Positions 49,728-58,965 of a stretch of DNA of 64,000 bases are shown here, one piece after another. Position numbers and translations under genes: made by a program. The notes below the pieces were generated by a model. It had not been told where the DNA came from, did no database searches, and was given only the letters and a program-made list of their open reading frames with translations. The DNA comes from Gemmatimonadota bacterium (GTDB lineage: Bacteria; Gemmatimonadota; Gemmatimonadetes; Palauibacterales; Palauibacteraceae). The stretch spans positions 65,236 to 129,235 of the forward strand of contig JAGWBR010000003.1 of assembly GCA_021295785.1 (NCBI GenBank), read 5' to 3'. Within the stretch, counting starts at the first letter, position 1. Every line of letters begins with the position of its first letter.

Positions 49728-50932
49728 TCACTACCGAGACCCGCGAGTTGGCTCAGTATCCCGAGACGGGACCCGCATGTTACCGCGAGCGTTTCGACCG
49801 GACTGTTGCGAAGGTGGGGCCGGCACTGGCCAGAGAATACGTCATCCAGGCCCAGGTTGGCGACCCGCCGGCCGATGTCGCGGTGCAGGAGCTGCAGCCG
49901 CGCGGGGTGACCGAGATCAACCGGCTGATCCGGGCCGGAATGGACCGCGACAAGGAGACGCTGAAGGAAGCGCCGCGATCACTGATCGACCTCTTTGAAG
50001 AGGTCAACGAACCGCCCGACTGGTGGGATCCCAAGGTGGCACAGGCCGGGATAAGGGCGTTCCATGCTCATTCCGACCTGTTTATTCCGGCCCTCTTCGT
50101 GTCCACGGTCCAGAACGCCTCCACGCTGATCGCGAAGTCGTTCCATGCCACCGGGCGCGTCAATTCACAGTTCGGGCCCAGGCGAATTCGCCAAAACACG
50201 CGCCACTTTATCGAAATCATGATGCCGGGCGGCCTGGACCGCGAGGGAGAAGGCTGGCGCCTGTCGGTGCGTATTCGTCTGGTGCACGCCCAGATTCGGC
50301 GCTTGATCCTGGATTACGGCGAGTGGGACGAAGCGACTTTCGGGGCCCCGATCCACGCCGCTCATTTGGGGGTCGCGGCGGCCAATTTTTCGGCCGGAAT
50401 GCTGCGCCATGCGACCGCGCTGGGTGCATCCCTCAGTGCGGAAGCCCGCGAGGGGTTCATGCATGCCTGGCGATACGCGTCATTGCTGACTGGTATCCCT
50501 GAAAGACTCCTTTTCGAAGGGAACGAAGAGAAGACGCGAGAGCTGTGGCGGACCGCCCGGGCGATTGAACCTCCGCCGGGCGAAGAGTCACTCGTCATCG
50601 CCACGGCCCTGTTCGACGCTCTGCCGAGGATTGCGGGCAAGCGGGAGGGGAAGGAATTCGACCAGGTGCGCACCCACGCCGCCCGCGTAACCCGGGCGCT
50701 AATTGGCCGGAAAACTGCAGACCGCCTGGAGTTGGCCCGGGGCATGCCGGGGGCGATGGCGGCGATGCGAACGCGGCGCAAACTCACCGGGCAACTGCAT
50801 AAGGTTGCGCCGACGGTCGCCGCGGCATGGCGCGCATCGGCCTTTTCCTTCCTGTTGGATGCTGCGCTGCTCGATGACCTGAAGTACACGCTGCCCGACA
50901 AGCTCAAGGCCACCGAGGCTACCCCCTGGTGA
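49724..50932 (+). CDS. MpaB/DUF2236-family (latex-clearing-protein-like) putative oxygenase
   Basis: GTG at 49724 overlaps the sulfotransferase TGA (GTGA). Conserved DUF2236 blocks: PDWWDPKVAQAGIRAFHAHSDL, RRIRQNTRHFIEIMMPGG, WRLSVRIRLVHAQIRR. About 400 aa. Confidence 0.65.
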   Translation: MITTETRELAQYPETGPACYRERFDRTVAKVGPALAREYVIQAQVGDPPADVAVQELQPRGVTEINRLIRAGMDRDKETLKEAPRSLIDLFEEVNEPPDWWDPKVAQAGIRAFHAHSDLFIPALFVSTVQNASTLIAKSFHATGRVNSQFGPRRIRQNTRHFIEIMMPGGLDREGEGWRLSVRIRLVHAQIRRLILDYGEWDEATFGAPIHAAHLGVAAANFSAGMLRHATALGASLSAEAREGFMHAWRYASLLTGIPERLLFEGNEEKTRELWRTARAIEPPPGEESLVIATALFDALPRIAGKREGKEFDQVRTHAARVTRALIGRKTADRLELARGMPGAMAAMRTRRKLTGQLHKVAPTVAAAWRASAFSFLLDAALLDDLKYTLPDKLKATEATPW

Positions 50933-50976
50933 CCGCACCCCGGCACTGGTGAACCGCGCTTCGGCGGGACTGAACC

Positions 50977-51342
50977 GTGCCGCCTGAACTCAAACGGTGC
51001 CCCCGTTATCCGTGGACCTGCGTGAACAGCCACGATACCGTCCGGCCAAGATGTACCATTGCCCCCTTCACGATCGCCGGGGACCCGTGGCAGGAATTCG
51101 GGCGCCTCGCGGAGATCGTGCGCCGTCAGCCCCGCACCAAAATCGATACTGTGACCCAGGACTATCTGAGTGCGCGGTTCAGGACCCGGATCGCCTTCCC
51201 CGACCGGCTCGAACTCGTCTTGTCCCCGGACCAAGGAGTGATTCACGTGCGCTCGATGTCGATTCTGGCCCCGATTTGGGACTTTGGAGCGAATCGCAGG
51301 AGGGTCGAGTCCCTACGTGTCCAGTTTGAAGGCGAACGCTAG
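50977..51342 (+). CDS. Small hypothetical protein, DUF1499-like (tentative)
   Basis: 121-aa ORF between the oxygenase and cysD. C-terminal ...[21 protein letters not shown] resembles the DUF1499 motif. Family assignment is from memory and not certain. Confidence 0.35.
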   Translation: MPPELKRCPRYPWTCVNSHDTVRPRCTIAPFTIAGDPWQEFGRLAEIVRRQPRTKIDTVTQDYLSARFRTRIAFPDRLELVLSPDQGVIHVRSMSILAPIWDFGANRRRVESLRVQFEGER

Positions 51343-51350
51343 GCCCGCCC

Positions 51351-52253
51351 GTGCGTGACGATCGCGTCCTGGCTGCCCTTGAGGACGAGGCGATCGAGAT
51401 CATCCGCGAGGGAGTGGCCGCGGCTTCCCGCCCCGTCATGCTCTATTCGATCGGCAAAGACTCCTCGGTCTTGCTTCGCCTGGCGCAGAGGGCTTTCTGG
51501 CCGGCCCCGCTGCCGATGCCTCTGCTGCACGTTGACACGACCTGGAAGTTCCGGGAGATGATCCAGTTCCGGGACCGCACGGCTGCCGAGGACGGGATCA
51601 AACTGATCGTGCACACCAATCAAGAAGGCGTGCAGGCTGGCGTCACGCCGTTCACGCATTCTTCGTCGCGCTATACCGAGGTGATGAAGACCGAGGCGCT
51701 GCGGCAGGCGCTCGACGCCGGCGGCTATGACATGATCTTCATCGGCGCCCGCCGGGACGAAGAGAAGTCGCGCGCCAAGGAGCGGATTTTCTCGTTTCGG
51801 AATGCGGCCCACCAGTGGGAGCCGCGGGCCCAGCGCCCCGAACTCTGGAACCTCTACAACACCCGGCTCGGGGCTGGCGAGTCGCTGCGGGTTGCCCCGA
51901 TGTCCAACTGGACCGAGGCCGACATCTGGCGCTACATCGCCGCCCGGGAAATCCCGATCGTGTCGCTTTACCATGCGGCCGAGCGGCCGGTGGTGGAGCG
52001 CGAGGGACAGCTCATCATGGTGGACGACGACCGCATGCCCCTGAATCCCGGCGAGGCGCCTGAGTCCCGGTTGGTGCGTTTTCGGACCCTGGGCTGCTAT
52101 CCCCTGACCGCCGCGGTCGAGAGCACGGCGACCACGCTGGACGCGATTATCGCCGAGACCCTGGCCGCCGACGGTTCGGAGCGCGAGGGACGCCTGATCG
52201 ACCACGATGACGAGGCCTCGATGGAGAAGAAGAAGCGGGACGGCTACTTCTGA
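51351..52253 (+). CDS. cysD: Sulfate adenylyltransferase subunit 2
   Basis: GTG start. [18 protein letters not shown] is the PAPS-reductase-like PP-loop. Motifs [50 protein letters not shown]. 300 aa. Confidence 0.95.
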   Translation: MRDDRVLAALEDEAIEIIREGVAAASRPVMLYSIGKDSSVLLRLAQRAFWPAPLPMPLLHVDTTWKFREMIQFRDRTAAEDGIKLIVHTNQEGVQAGVTPFTHSSSRYTEVMKTEALRQALDAGGYDMIFIGARRDEEKSRAKERIFSFRNAAHQWEPRAQRPELWNLYNTRLGAGESLRVAPMSNWTEADIWRYIAAREIPIVSLYHAAERPVVEREGQLIMVDDDRMPLNPGEAPESRLVRFRTLGCYPLTAAVESTATTLDAIIAETLAADGSEREGRLIDHDDEASMEKKKRDGYF

Positions 52254-54109
52254 TGGGCCGAGAAGTAACCTCCCCAACCTCCAACCGGCTTGCCCCACTC
52301 CGCCTTGTGCTTTGCGGGAGCGTGGACGACGGCAAGAGCACCTTGATCGGGCGAATGCTGTACGACAGCAACCAAGTCTTCGCCGATCAGCTCGGCAAAG
52401 TCGAAGCTGACTCTCGGCGGTGGGGCACGCAAGGCGAGAACATCGACCTCGCGCTGCTCCTGGACGGTTTGCAGGACGAACGCGAGCAGGGCATCACGAT
52501 CGATGTCGCCTACCGCTCTTTGGAGACGCCGCGGCGGCGGTTCATTGTTGCCGATGTGCCCGGCCACGAGCAGTACACGCGCAACATGGCGACGGGTGCC
52601 TCCACCGCGCAGGTGGCCATAATCCTGGTCAACGCGCGCCGGGGGATTCTGCCGCAAACGGCCCGCCACACGCGGATCGCGGCCATGTTCGGGGTGCGCC
52701 ATGTGGTGCTGGCGGTCAACAAGATGGACCTGGTCGATTGGGACCAGGCAACGTTTGAGGCGCTCGAAGAAGAGTACCGGGAGCTGACGGACGACGTCGG
52801 CGTGCCCGAGGTGGTGGCCATGCCGGTGTCCGGCCTGACCGGCGACAACCTCACGCGCCGCTCGGACAACATGCCCTGGTACGACGGTCCGACCCTGCTG
52901 GAGCACCTCGAAACCGTGCAAGTGACAGACCCGGGCGATGATGCCCCGTTCAGGATGCCGGTCCAGTACGTGAACCGCCCCCATTCGGAGTTCCGCGGGT
53001 ACTGCGGCCGCGTGGCTTCCGGGACGGTTAAACCCGGGCAGCGGATCCGGGTGGTGCCCGGGAGCAGCGAGTCACCGGTGAAATCGGTTCTGGTTGGCCG
53101 GGGCGAGGTCGAGCGCGCGGGCCGCGGCGATTCGGTCACGCTGACCTTTTCCACCGAGATTGACGTGACACGCGGGGACGTGATCGCCGACGCCGAAGAC
53201 GCACCGGCAGTCTCGGACCAGTTCCGCGCCTCGATCCTGTGGATGGGCGAGCAGCCGTTGGTGGCCGGGCGCCTGTACCTGCTCAAGATGCACACCCGCG
53301 AGGTCACGGCGAAGGTCACGTCCATTCGTCACTCGGTGGAGGTGCGCACCGGGGAGCGGCTTGCCGCCAAGCAGCTTGAGCTGAATGAGATCGGCGTGGT
53401 GAATTTGGCCACTTCCCGGCCCGTCCCGTTTGCCCCGTTCGAGGAGAACGGGAAGCTGGGCGGGTTCATCTTGGTGGACCGGGGCAACAACCGAACGGTT
53501 GCGGCAGGCACGATCAGTTACGCGCTCATGCGGGCAGCCAACGTGACGTGGCAACAATTCGACATCAGCCGCGAGGTCCGGGCGCAGCTCAAGCGGCAGG
53601 ATGCCCGGTGTCTGTGGTTCACGGGCCTGTCCGCGTCGGGCAAGTCCACGGTGGCGAATCTGCTGGAGCGACGCCTCTACATCGAAGGGCGGCACACCTA
53701 CCTGCTGGACGGCGACAACGTGCGCCACGGGTTGAACGCCGACCTGGGCTTCACCGAGATCGACCGTACCGAGAACATCCGGCGCGTGGCCGAGGTTGCG
53801 CGTTTGATGGTAGACGCCGGGTTGATCGTGATTGTGTCGTTCATCAGCCCGTTCCGGGCCGACCGCGAGATGGCGCGGGGGCTTTTCGAACCCGGGGAAT
53901 TTCTTGAGGTATTCATTGATGCGTCCGCCGAAGAGTGTGCCCGGCGCGACCCCAAGGGGCTCTACGCCAAGGCCCTGCGCGGCGAGATCAAGAACTTCAC
54001 GGGGATCAGCAGTCCGTACGAGCGGCCAGAGGAGCCCGAGATCCACCTCAGCACCGAGGAATTGTCGCCCGAAGACTGCGTCGAGGAGCTCCTCCGCAAA
54101 CTGAATTAG
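52253..54109 (+). CDS. cysNC: Bifunctional sulfate adenylyltransferase subunit 1 / adenylylsulfate (APS) kinase
   Basis: ATG overlaps the cysD stop (TGATG). N-terminal GTPase LRLVLCGSVDDGKSTLIGRML...DVPGHEQY...NKMD (CysN). C-terminal APS kinase CLWFTGLSASGKSTVANLL...LDGDNVRHGLNADLGFTE...SFISPFRADR (CysC). Confidence 0.95.
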   Translation: MGREVTSPTSNRLAPLRLVLCGSVDDGKSTLIGRMLYDSNQVFADQLGKVEADSRRWGTQGENIDLALLLDGLQDEREQGITIDVAYRSLETPRRRFIVADVPGHEQYTRNMATGASTAQVAIILVNARRGILPQTARHTRIAAMFGVRHVVLAVNKMDLVDWDQATFEALEEEYRELTDDVGVPEVVAMPVSGLTGDNLTRRSDNMPWYDGPTLLEHLETVQVTDPGDDAPFRMPVQYVNRPHSEFRGYCGRVASGTVKPGQRIRVVPGSSESPVKSVLVGRGEVERAGRGDSVTLTFSTEIDVTRGDVIADAEDAPAVSDQFRASILWMGEQPLVAGRLYLLKMHTREVTAKVTSIRHSVEVRTGERLAAKQLELNEIGVVNLATSRPVPFAPFEENGKLGGFILVDRGNNRTVAAGTISYALMRAANVTWQQFDISREVRAQLKRQDARCLWFTGLSASGKSTVANLLERRLYIEGRHTYLLDGDNVRHGLNADLGFTEIDRTENIRRVAEVARLMVDAGLIVIVSFISPFRADREMARGLFEPGEFLEVFIDASAEECARRDPKGLYAKALRGEIKNFTGISSPYERPEEPEIHLSTEELSPEDCVEELLRKLN

Positions 54110-54281
54110 AGCCCGGATGGCGTGATACAGGGTGGTTTCCGTGTTTGCAACGGCATCTGGGATCTGGTTTGCAATCCCCAACCGGACGGCGCCGAGGTCC
54201 GGTTAGGTTCCTCAAGCACCGCACTACCCCATACAGGAGTACGTCATGGTACGCCGCCACACAGCTCAAGTCCGTGGCCGC

Positions 54282-55361
54282 ATGGTGGCTGGCTCAACGG
54301 TCGCACCGGTCCTTGTTTCCGTTCTGGTCGGTCCCGGGACACGGGCCGCCCAGGGCCAGGATCGCGTCGGACCGGAGGTGATCGAGATCACGTCGGGAGT
54401 TGGTGCCGTCCTGCAGGCAGTGAGTCCCGTGTCGGATTCGGTGGTATGGATGAGCGGGCACGAGGGCGTGATCATCAGAACCCTCGACGCAGGAGACCGC
54501 TGGGAACGGGTGAACGCCCCCAGTGGCGACTCGCTTCAGTTTCGGGACGTCCACGGTTTCTCGGCAGCGCATGCGGTGGCGCTGAGCGCGGGCTCGGGAC
54601 CCGCGTCGCGCATCTACCGAACTGCGGACGGAGGCCGGAGCTGGGAGCTCGCGTTCGCCATGGACCATCCGGATGGCTTCCTCGACTGCCTGGACTTCTG
54701 GGACGACGGCCGAGGTTTCGCCTACGGAGACAGCTTTGACGGCGTACCCTACATCCTGGTAACCGCCGACGGAGGCGCGACTTGGGAACGGGCACCGCGG
54801 GACGGGCTGCCGGCCGCCAACGAAGGCGAGGGGGGCTTTGCGGCGAGCGGCACCTGCGCGAGGGCGGTCGGCGACGGACTCGGCTGGATCGGCACCGGGG
54901 CCGGCGGGTCCGCCCGCGTGCTGAGGACCAGCGACTACGGCGCAACCTGGACCGCGACCGATGTGGACATCGCGAGGGGGCCAAGCGCGGGGGTTTACAC
55001 GCTGGCCGTGGATCCGGCGGTGGCATCAGGCACCAGCGGTTGGGTCTTGGCACTGGGCGGAGACTATGCGGCCGATGCCGTCCTGGCCAATGTGGCCGTC
55101 AGTTCGGACCTCGGCGGGAGCTGGCGGCACGGAGAGGACGCCCCCGTCCCCGGGGCCATCTACGGCAGCGCGATCGCCCACGACGAAACGGGCCTCACCG
55201 CGGTGGCCGTTTCCCCCGCCGGCGCGGCTTTCACGACGACTTTGGGAATGTCCTGGACATCTCTGCCCGGCGTTAGCGCATGGGCGGTTGAGGCCGCCCC
55301 AACAGGAACAATGTTCTGGGCCGCCGGAGCGGAGGGCAGGATCTTGCTAATCGCGTTCTGA
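54282..55361 (+). CDS. BNR-repeat (Ycf48/sialidase-like beta-propeller) exported protein
   Basis: Signal peptide MVAGSTVAPVLVSVLVGPGTRAAQGQ. Five S/TxDxGxxW BNR repeats (TADGGRSWE, TADGGATWE, SDYGATWT, SSDLGGSWR, TTLGMSWT). Confidence 0.7.
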   Translation: MVAGSTVAPVLVSVLVGPGTRAAQGQDRVGPEVIEITSGVGAVLQAVSPVSDSVVWMSGHEGVIIRTLDAGDRWERVNAPSGDSLQFRDVHGFSAAHAVALSAGSGPASRIYRTADGGRSWELAFAMDHPDGFLDCLDFWDDGRGFAYGDSFDGVPYILVTADGGATWERAPRDGLPAANEGEGGFAASGTCARAVGDGLGWIGTGAGGSARVLRTSDYGATWTATDVDIARGPSAGVYTLAVDPAVASGTSGWVLALGGDYAADAVLANVAVSSDLGGSWRHGEDAPVPGAIYGSAIAHDETGLTAVAVSPAGAAFTTTLGMSWTSLPGVSAWAVEAAPTGTMFWAAGAEGRILLIAF

Positions 55362-55549
55362 GCAGCAGCTCCGGCTACCCAGCAAATCCATCCACGCGCC
55401 ACCTGCAAGGTGCCAACATCGACCTGAACTGGATCATTCCTGTGTCGTCGGTGTTCCAGTTCAAGACAATCCGAGCTGTTGCGCGACCAAAGGCGCCCGA
55501 CCCGCGCGAAAACATCCAGCGGCCGCCGTCCCGGCCTCGCCCCGCGGGA

Positions 55550-57415
55550 CTAGGTCTCGGCGGCCTCGGCCTCGGATTCGGCCTGGGCGTACAGCTCGTC
55601 AATCTGGTCGCCGAAGCGGGCCATGATTACCCGGCGCTTCACCTTCAGGGTGGGGGTCAGTTCCCCGGTGTCTACGCCAAACGGGCCCGGCACAAGGAGC
55701 ACGGCCCGGGGTTTTTCGTGCCGGGCCGCGTCCGCCACCGCTGCCTCCACCGCTGCCTCCAACACGGCCTGGGTGGCCTCCGACGTCAGCAGTTCGGCGT
55801 CAGACGTTCCCGCGGGAACGTCTGAAGCCGCCCGGAGCGCCGCCATCTCGGGAACCACGAGCACGGCCGCGAACTTCCTTTGGTCGCCGATCAGCACGGC
55901 CTCCTCAATGAGCGAGTGCCGTTTGAGCATGGCTTCGACCGGCTGGGGAGCGATGTTCTTGCCGTAGGCGTTGACGATGATTTCCTTCTTCCGATCTGTA
56001 ATACGCAAGTACCCGTCCTCGTCAATCGTCCCGATGTCACCGGTAGCAAACCACCCGTCGCTGTCGATCGCCTCGGCCGTGGCCTCCGGGTTTTGGTAGT
56101 AACCCCTCATGATCTGCGGACCGCGGGCCAGTATTTCCCCGTCGTCGGCGATCTTGAGTTCGGTTCCCGGGGCAGCCAGGCCGACGGTCCCGACCCTTGG
56201 CCGATCCTCTGGGTTCAGCGTGAGCACCGGCGAGGTCTCCGTGAGGCCATAACCCTCCAGAACCGGCAATCCGGCCGCAAACAGGAAATGCGCCACATCG
56301 GCCCGCAGGGGCGCGCCCCCGCTGACGAATGTCCGGATGCGCCCCCCGGTCAGCGCGCGCAGCTTGGAAAACACCAGTTTGTCGGCCACGGCGTACTGAA
56401 GGTTGAGCCAGGCACCAGGCTTTTCGCCGGCCAGTTTCATCTTGGCGCGGCGCTCGCCGACGTCCCGGGCCCACTTGAAGATGCCGTACTTGGCCGAGCC
56501 CCCCGCGCGGGCCTTGGCCTCGGCCCCCTCGACGACCTTCTCGAATACTCTGGGCACTGCAATCATAACCGTGGGGCGCACCTCCCCCATGTCACGCACC
56601 ACGGTCTCGGGGGCTTCCGCGTAGGCGATCCGATTCCCGGCCAACCACATCACAAAGTGCCCGCCAACTCGCTCGAACACGTGGGCCATGGGCAGAAGCG
56701 CCAGGGCAGTATCCTCCGGCCCGAGTCCCACCGGGCGCGCCGCGAGCGCCGCGTTGGAGTGGACGTTGGCATGGGTCAGCATCACGCCCTTGGGGAGTCC
56801 GGTCGTGCCCGAGGTGTAGATGATGGTCGCCAGGTCGCCCGGGTCGGTGTCGCGGGCGAACTCCTCCCACGAGTCGGCCAACTCTTGGCCGTTTTGTTCG
56901 CCGCGTGCGATCAGTTCGTCCATCGTCACCGCGCCAAACGGGACCTTCTCATCTCCGAGCGCGGCCCTGGGCGATCCGTCAAACAGCACGGCAAGCCGGA
57001 GTTCCGGCAGGTCGGGAGCTATCGACGCCAGCAGGGCCAGCTTCTCTTCGTCTTCCACGAAAACCGCGGAAGCGCCGGAATCCGCCAGGACGTGCTTGAC
57101 CTGATCGGCGGGAAGAATGGGATAGACCGGGACCGACACCGTCCGGGAAGTGATCACCCCCCAGTCGGCCAGCGCCCATTCGAGCCGCGTGGTGGACATG
57201 ATCGCGATTCGGTCACCGGGCTGAAATCCGAGTTCGCGCAGGCGTGTGGCGACGGCCTGCACCAGTCGCTTCACCTCGGCCAGCGGAACGCGGCTCCAGC
57301 CATCGTCTCCGCGGATTGTGTAGGGGTCGGGCCGTTCCATGTTCAGTCCTTCAAAAAACAGGTCGGCCAGGGTGCCGGTCCGGTAATCACGTGGGAGAGG
57401 TGTAGATGTTCTCAT
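55550..57415 (-). CDS. Long-chain-fatty-acid--CoA ligase (AMP-dependent synthetase/ligase, ACSL-type)
   Basis: ATG at 57415. AMP-binding signature IIYTSGTTGLPKGVMLTH. Motifs TGDIGTIDEDGYLRITDRKKEIIV and GKNIAPQPVE. Insertion typical of long-chain ACSL enzymes. 621 aa. Confidence 0.9.
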   Translation of the reverse strand: MRTSTPLPRDYRTGTLADLFFEGLNMERPDPYTIRGDDGWSRVPLAEVKRLVQAVATRLRELGFQPGDRIAIMSTTRLEWALADWGVITSRTVSVPVYPILPADQVKHVLADSGASAVFVEDEEKLALLASIAPDLPELRLAVLFDGSPRAALGDEKVPFGAVTMDELIARGEQNGQELADSWEEFARDTDPGDLATIIYTSGTTGLPKGVMLTHANVHSNAALAARPVGLGPEDTALALLPMAHVFERVGGHFVMWLAGNRIAYAEAPETVVRDMGEVRPTVMIAVPRVFEKVVEGAEAKARAGGSAKYGIFKWARDVGERRAKMKLAGEKPGAWLNLQYAVADKLVFSKLRALTGGRIRTFVSGGAPLRADVAHFLFAAGLPVLEGYGLTETSPVLTLNPEDRPRVGTVGLAAPGTELKIADDGEILARGPQIMRGYYQNPEATAEAIDSDGWFATGDIGTIDEDGYLRITDRKKEIIVNAYGKNIAPQPVEAMLKRHSLIEEAVLIGDQRKFAAVLVVPEMAALRAASDVPAGTSDAELLTSEATQAVLEAAVEAAVADAARHEKPRAVLLVPGPFGVDTGELTPTLKVKRRVIMARFGDQIDELYAQAESEAEAAET

Positions 57416-57448
57416 GGGCGGAATCGTAGACCTGGACAGCAGTGTTCG

Positions 57449-58148
57449 TCAAACAACAGCCGTGTTCCCCACCCAGGCCGTCTGGTCGGCCGCGACTTGC
57501 TGGAAACCTGGTCCGGCCAAACGGGCCAAGTCTTCCCGGCCCGGTTCCAGAACGGCAATGCGTGCACCGAACGCAAGGCACCGGACCGCCTCCTCCAGGA
57601 ACTGCTCGGCAGGCCCCAGAAGGGCGGCCGCGGCGAGACGGCCCGAACGGAGCGGCCAGCAGCCGGGTTGGGCTCCTCGTAACGGGTTTACCCCGGCAGG
57701 GCCGGCGAGGTCCTGGTCGGCCCAGACGATGAACTCCGCCCCGGGGGCGAGGGCCACCAACTCGCCTGCGACAGGCGCCAGTCCCGGGCCGAGAAGGACC
57801 ACGCCGCCGCGCACTTCCTGGAGGCCCAGGAAGGCGGCGACCCTGACGGCTTCCGGCGGCGGATATTCGCCGCCACTCCGGCCGATGGGCGATGTGCTGG
57901 TCGGGCCCTGTGTGTCGGACGGCACGGCAAACTGCATTACGCCCTCGGTGACCCGGAACTCCGCCTCGCACAGCGGGCACCCCAGCTGACCTTCCGAGAC
58001 GCGGCCGTCAACCGCCCTGTGTACCAGGGTCACCAGACCCGTGCCGGACCGGCACCCCGGGCAATCCAGAACTTCGGCCAGTTCTAACAGCACGCGCGCT
58101 TGCCCGGCGCAGGCCGTGGTGGACGGCGCATTGGCTCCGTCGCCACTG
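57449..58148 (-). CDS. Hypothetical protein with Trm112-like CPxC...CPxC zinc-ribbon N-terminus (tentative)
   Basis: VLLELAEVLDCPGCRSG...LGCPLCEAEFRV resembles the Trm112/UPF0434 zinc ribbon. The downstream approx. 150 aa is Gly/Ala/Leu-rich and not assignable. The six-frame ORF (to 58231) overlaps the 5' end of folE, so the true start must be internal. Weak call. Confidence 0.3.
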
Positions 58149-58751
58149 CTAGCGGTCCAGCGGAGAGTGGGCCAGCCGCAGAAACTCCTGGCGGGTTCGG
58201 TGATCGGAACGAAACTGGCCCCGCACGGCACTGGTCACGGTCATGGAGTTCTGCTTTTCGACGCCCCTCATCATCATGCACAGGTGGGCGGCCTCGATCA
58301 CAACTCCCACGCCCTTTGGCTTGAGGATGTTCTCGATCGCGTCGGCTATCTGCTCGGTGAGCCGCTCCTGCACCTGAAGGCGTCGGGCGTACACTTCGAC
58401 AATCCGGGGAAGTTTGCTGAGGCCGACGATTCGCCCGTTGGGGATATACGCAATGTGCGCGCGGCCGAAAAAGGGCAGCATGTGGTGTTCGCAGAGGGAA
58501 TAGACCTCAATGTCCCGGACCGCCACCATGGAGTCGTGGGACCCGTCGAATACGCCCTCGCCGAGGGCTTCCTGGGCACTCTCCGAGTACCCTCCGCACA
58601 AGTAACGGAGCGACGCCGCTACTCTAGCGGGCGTGCGGACCAGTCCTTCGCGTTCGGGGTCCTCGCCCAGCAATCTCAGTTGCGAGGCAACGAGAGGTTC
58701 CAGGGGATCGCCCCCGGGGGGCGGCGCACCATTTTCGGGTGACATCTCCAC
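58149..58751 (-). CDS. folE: GTP cyclohydrolase I
   Basis: Motifs [40 protein letters not shown] (zinc-binding Cys/His), [23 protein letters not shown]. 200 aa. Confidence 0.9.
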   Translation of the reverse strand: MEMSPENGAPPPGGDPLEPLVASQLRLLGEDPEREGLVRTPARVAASLRYLCGGYSESAQEALGEGVFDGSHDSMVAVRDIEVYSLCEHHMLPFFGRAHIAYIPNGRIVGLSKLPRIVEVYARRLQVQERLTEQIADAIENILKPKGVGVVIEAAHLCMMMRGVEKQNSMTVTSAVRGQFRSDHRTRQEFLRLAHSPLDR

Positions 58752-58789
58752 TCCAATTTCCTAGCGGACGGAATTCCTCGACGGGCAAG

Positions 58790-58816
58790 AAAAAAAGGCG
58801 GCCCACCGGACCGCCC
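58790..58816 (-). terminator. Rho-independent terminator downstream of the oxidoreductase-SelD fusion gene
   Basis: Minus-strand sense GGCGGTCCGGTGGGCCGCC followed by TTTTTTT (plus strand aaaaaaa-ggcggcccaccggaccgcc): 6-7 bp GC stem plus U-tract, about 150 nt after the stop at 58966. Confidence 0.55.
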
Positions 58817-58965
58817 TCTCTTGACACTGGGGGATGTGAGGGCCTTTTGTAGCCCTTCTGAAACAGATGACCCAGGCCGTCGGTGTTCGCAGTCCCCGCG
58901 AGGGGCGTTGCGTCTCCCTCGGGACCTAAGGCGCTAAGGGCAAGTGTTGGCTCAAAAGGTGAACC

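Noticed and set aside
58817-58965. Possible small structured RNA between the SelD-fusion stop and its terminator (several GC hairpins, e.g. gagggg-cgttgcgt-ctccctc)
   Set aside because: Hairpins are expected by chance in 70% GC DNA. No conserved motif, promoter or recognisable RNA family (tRNA T-loop, riboswitch core) could be identified by eye. Treated as 3' UTR.
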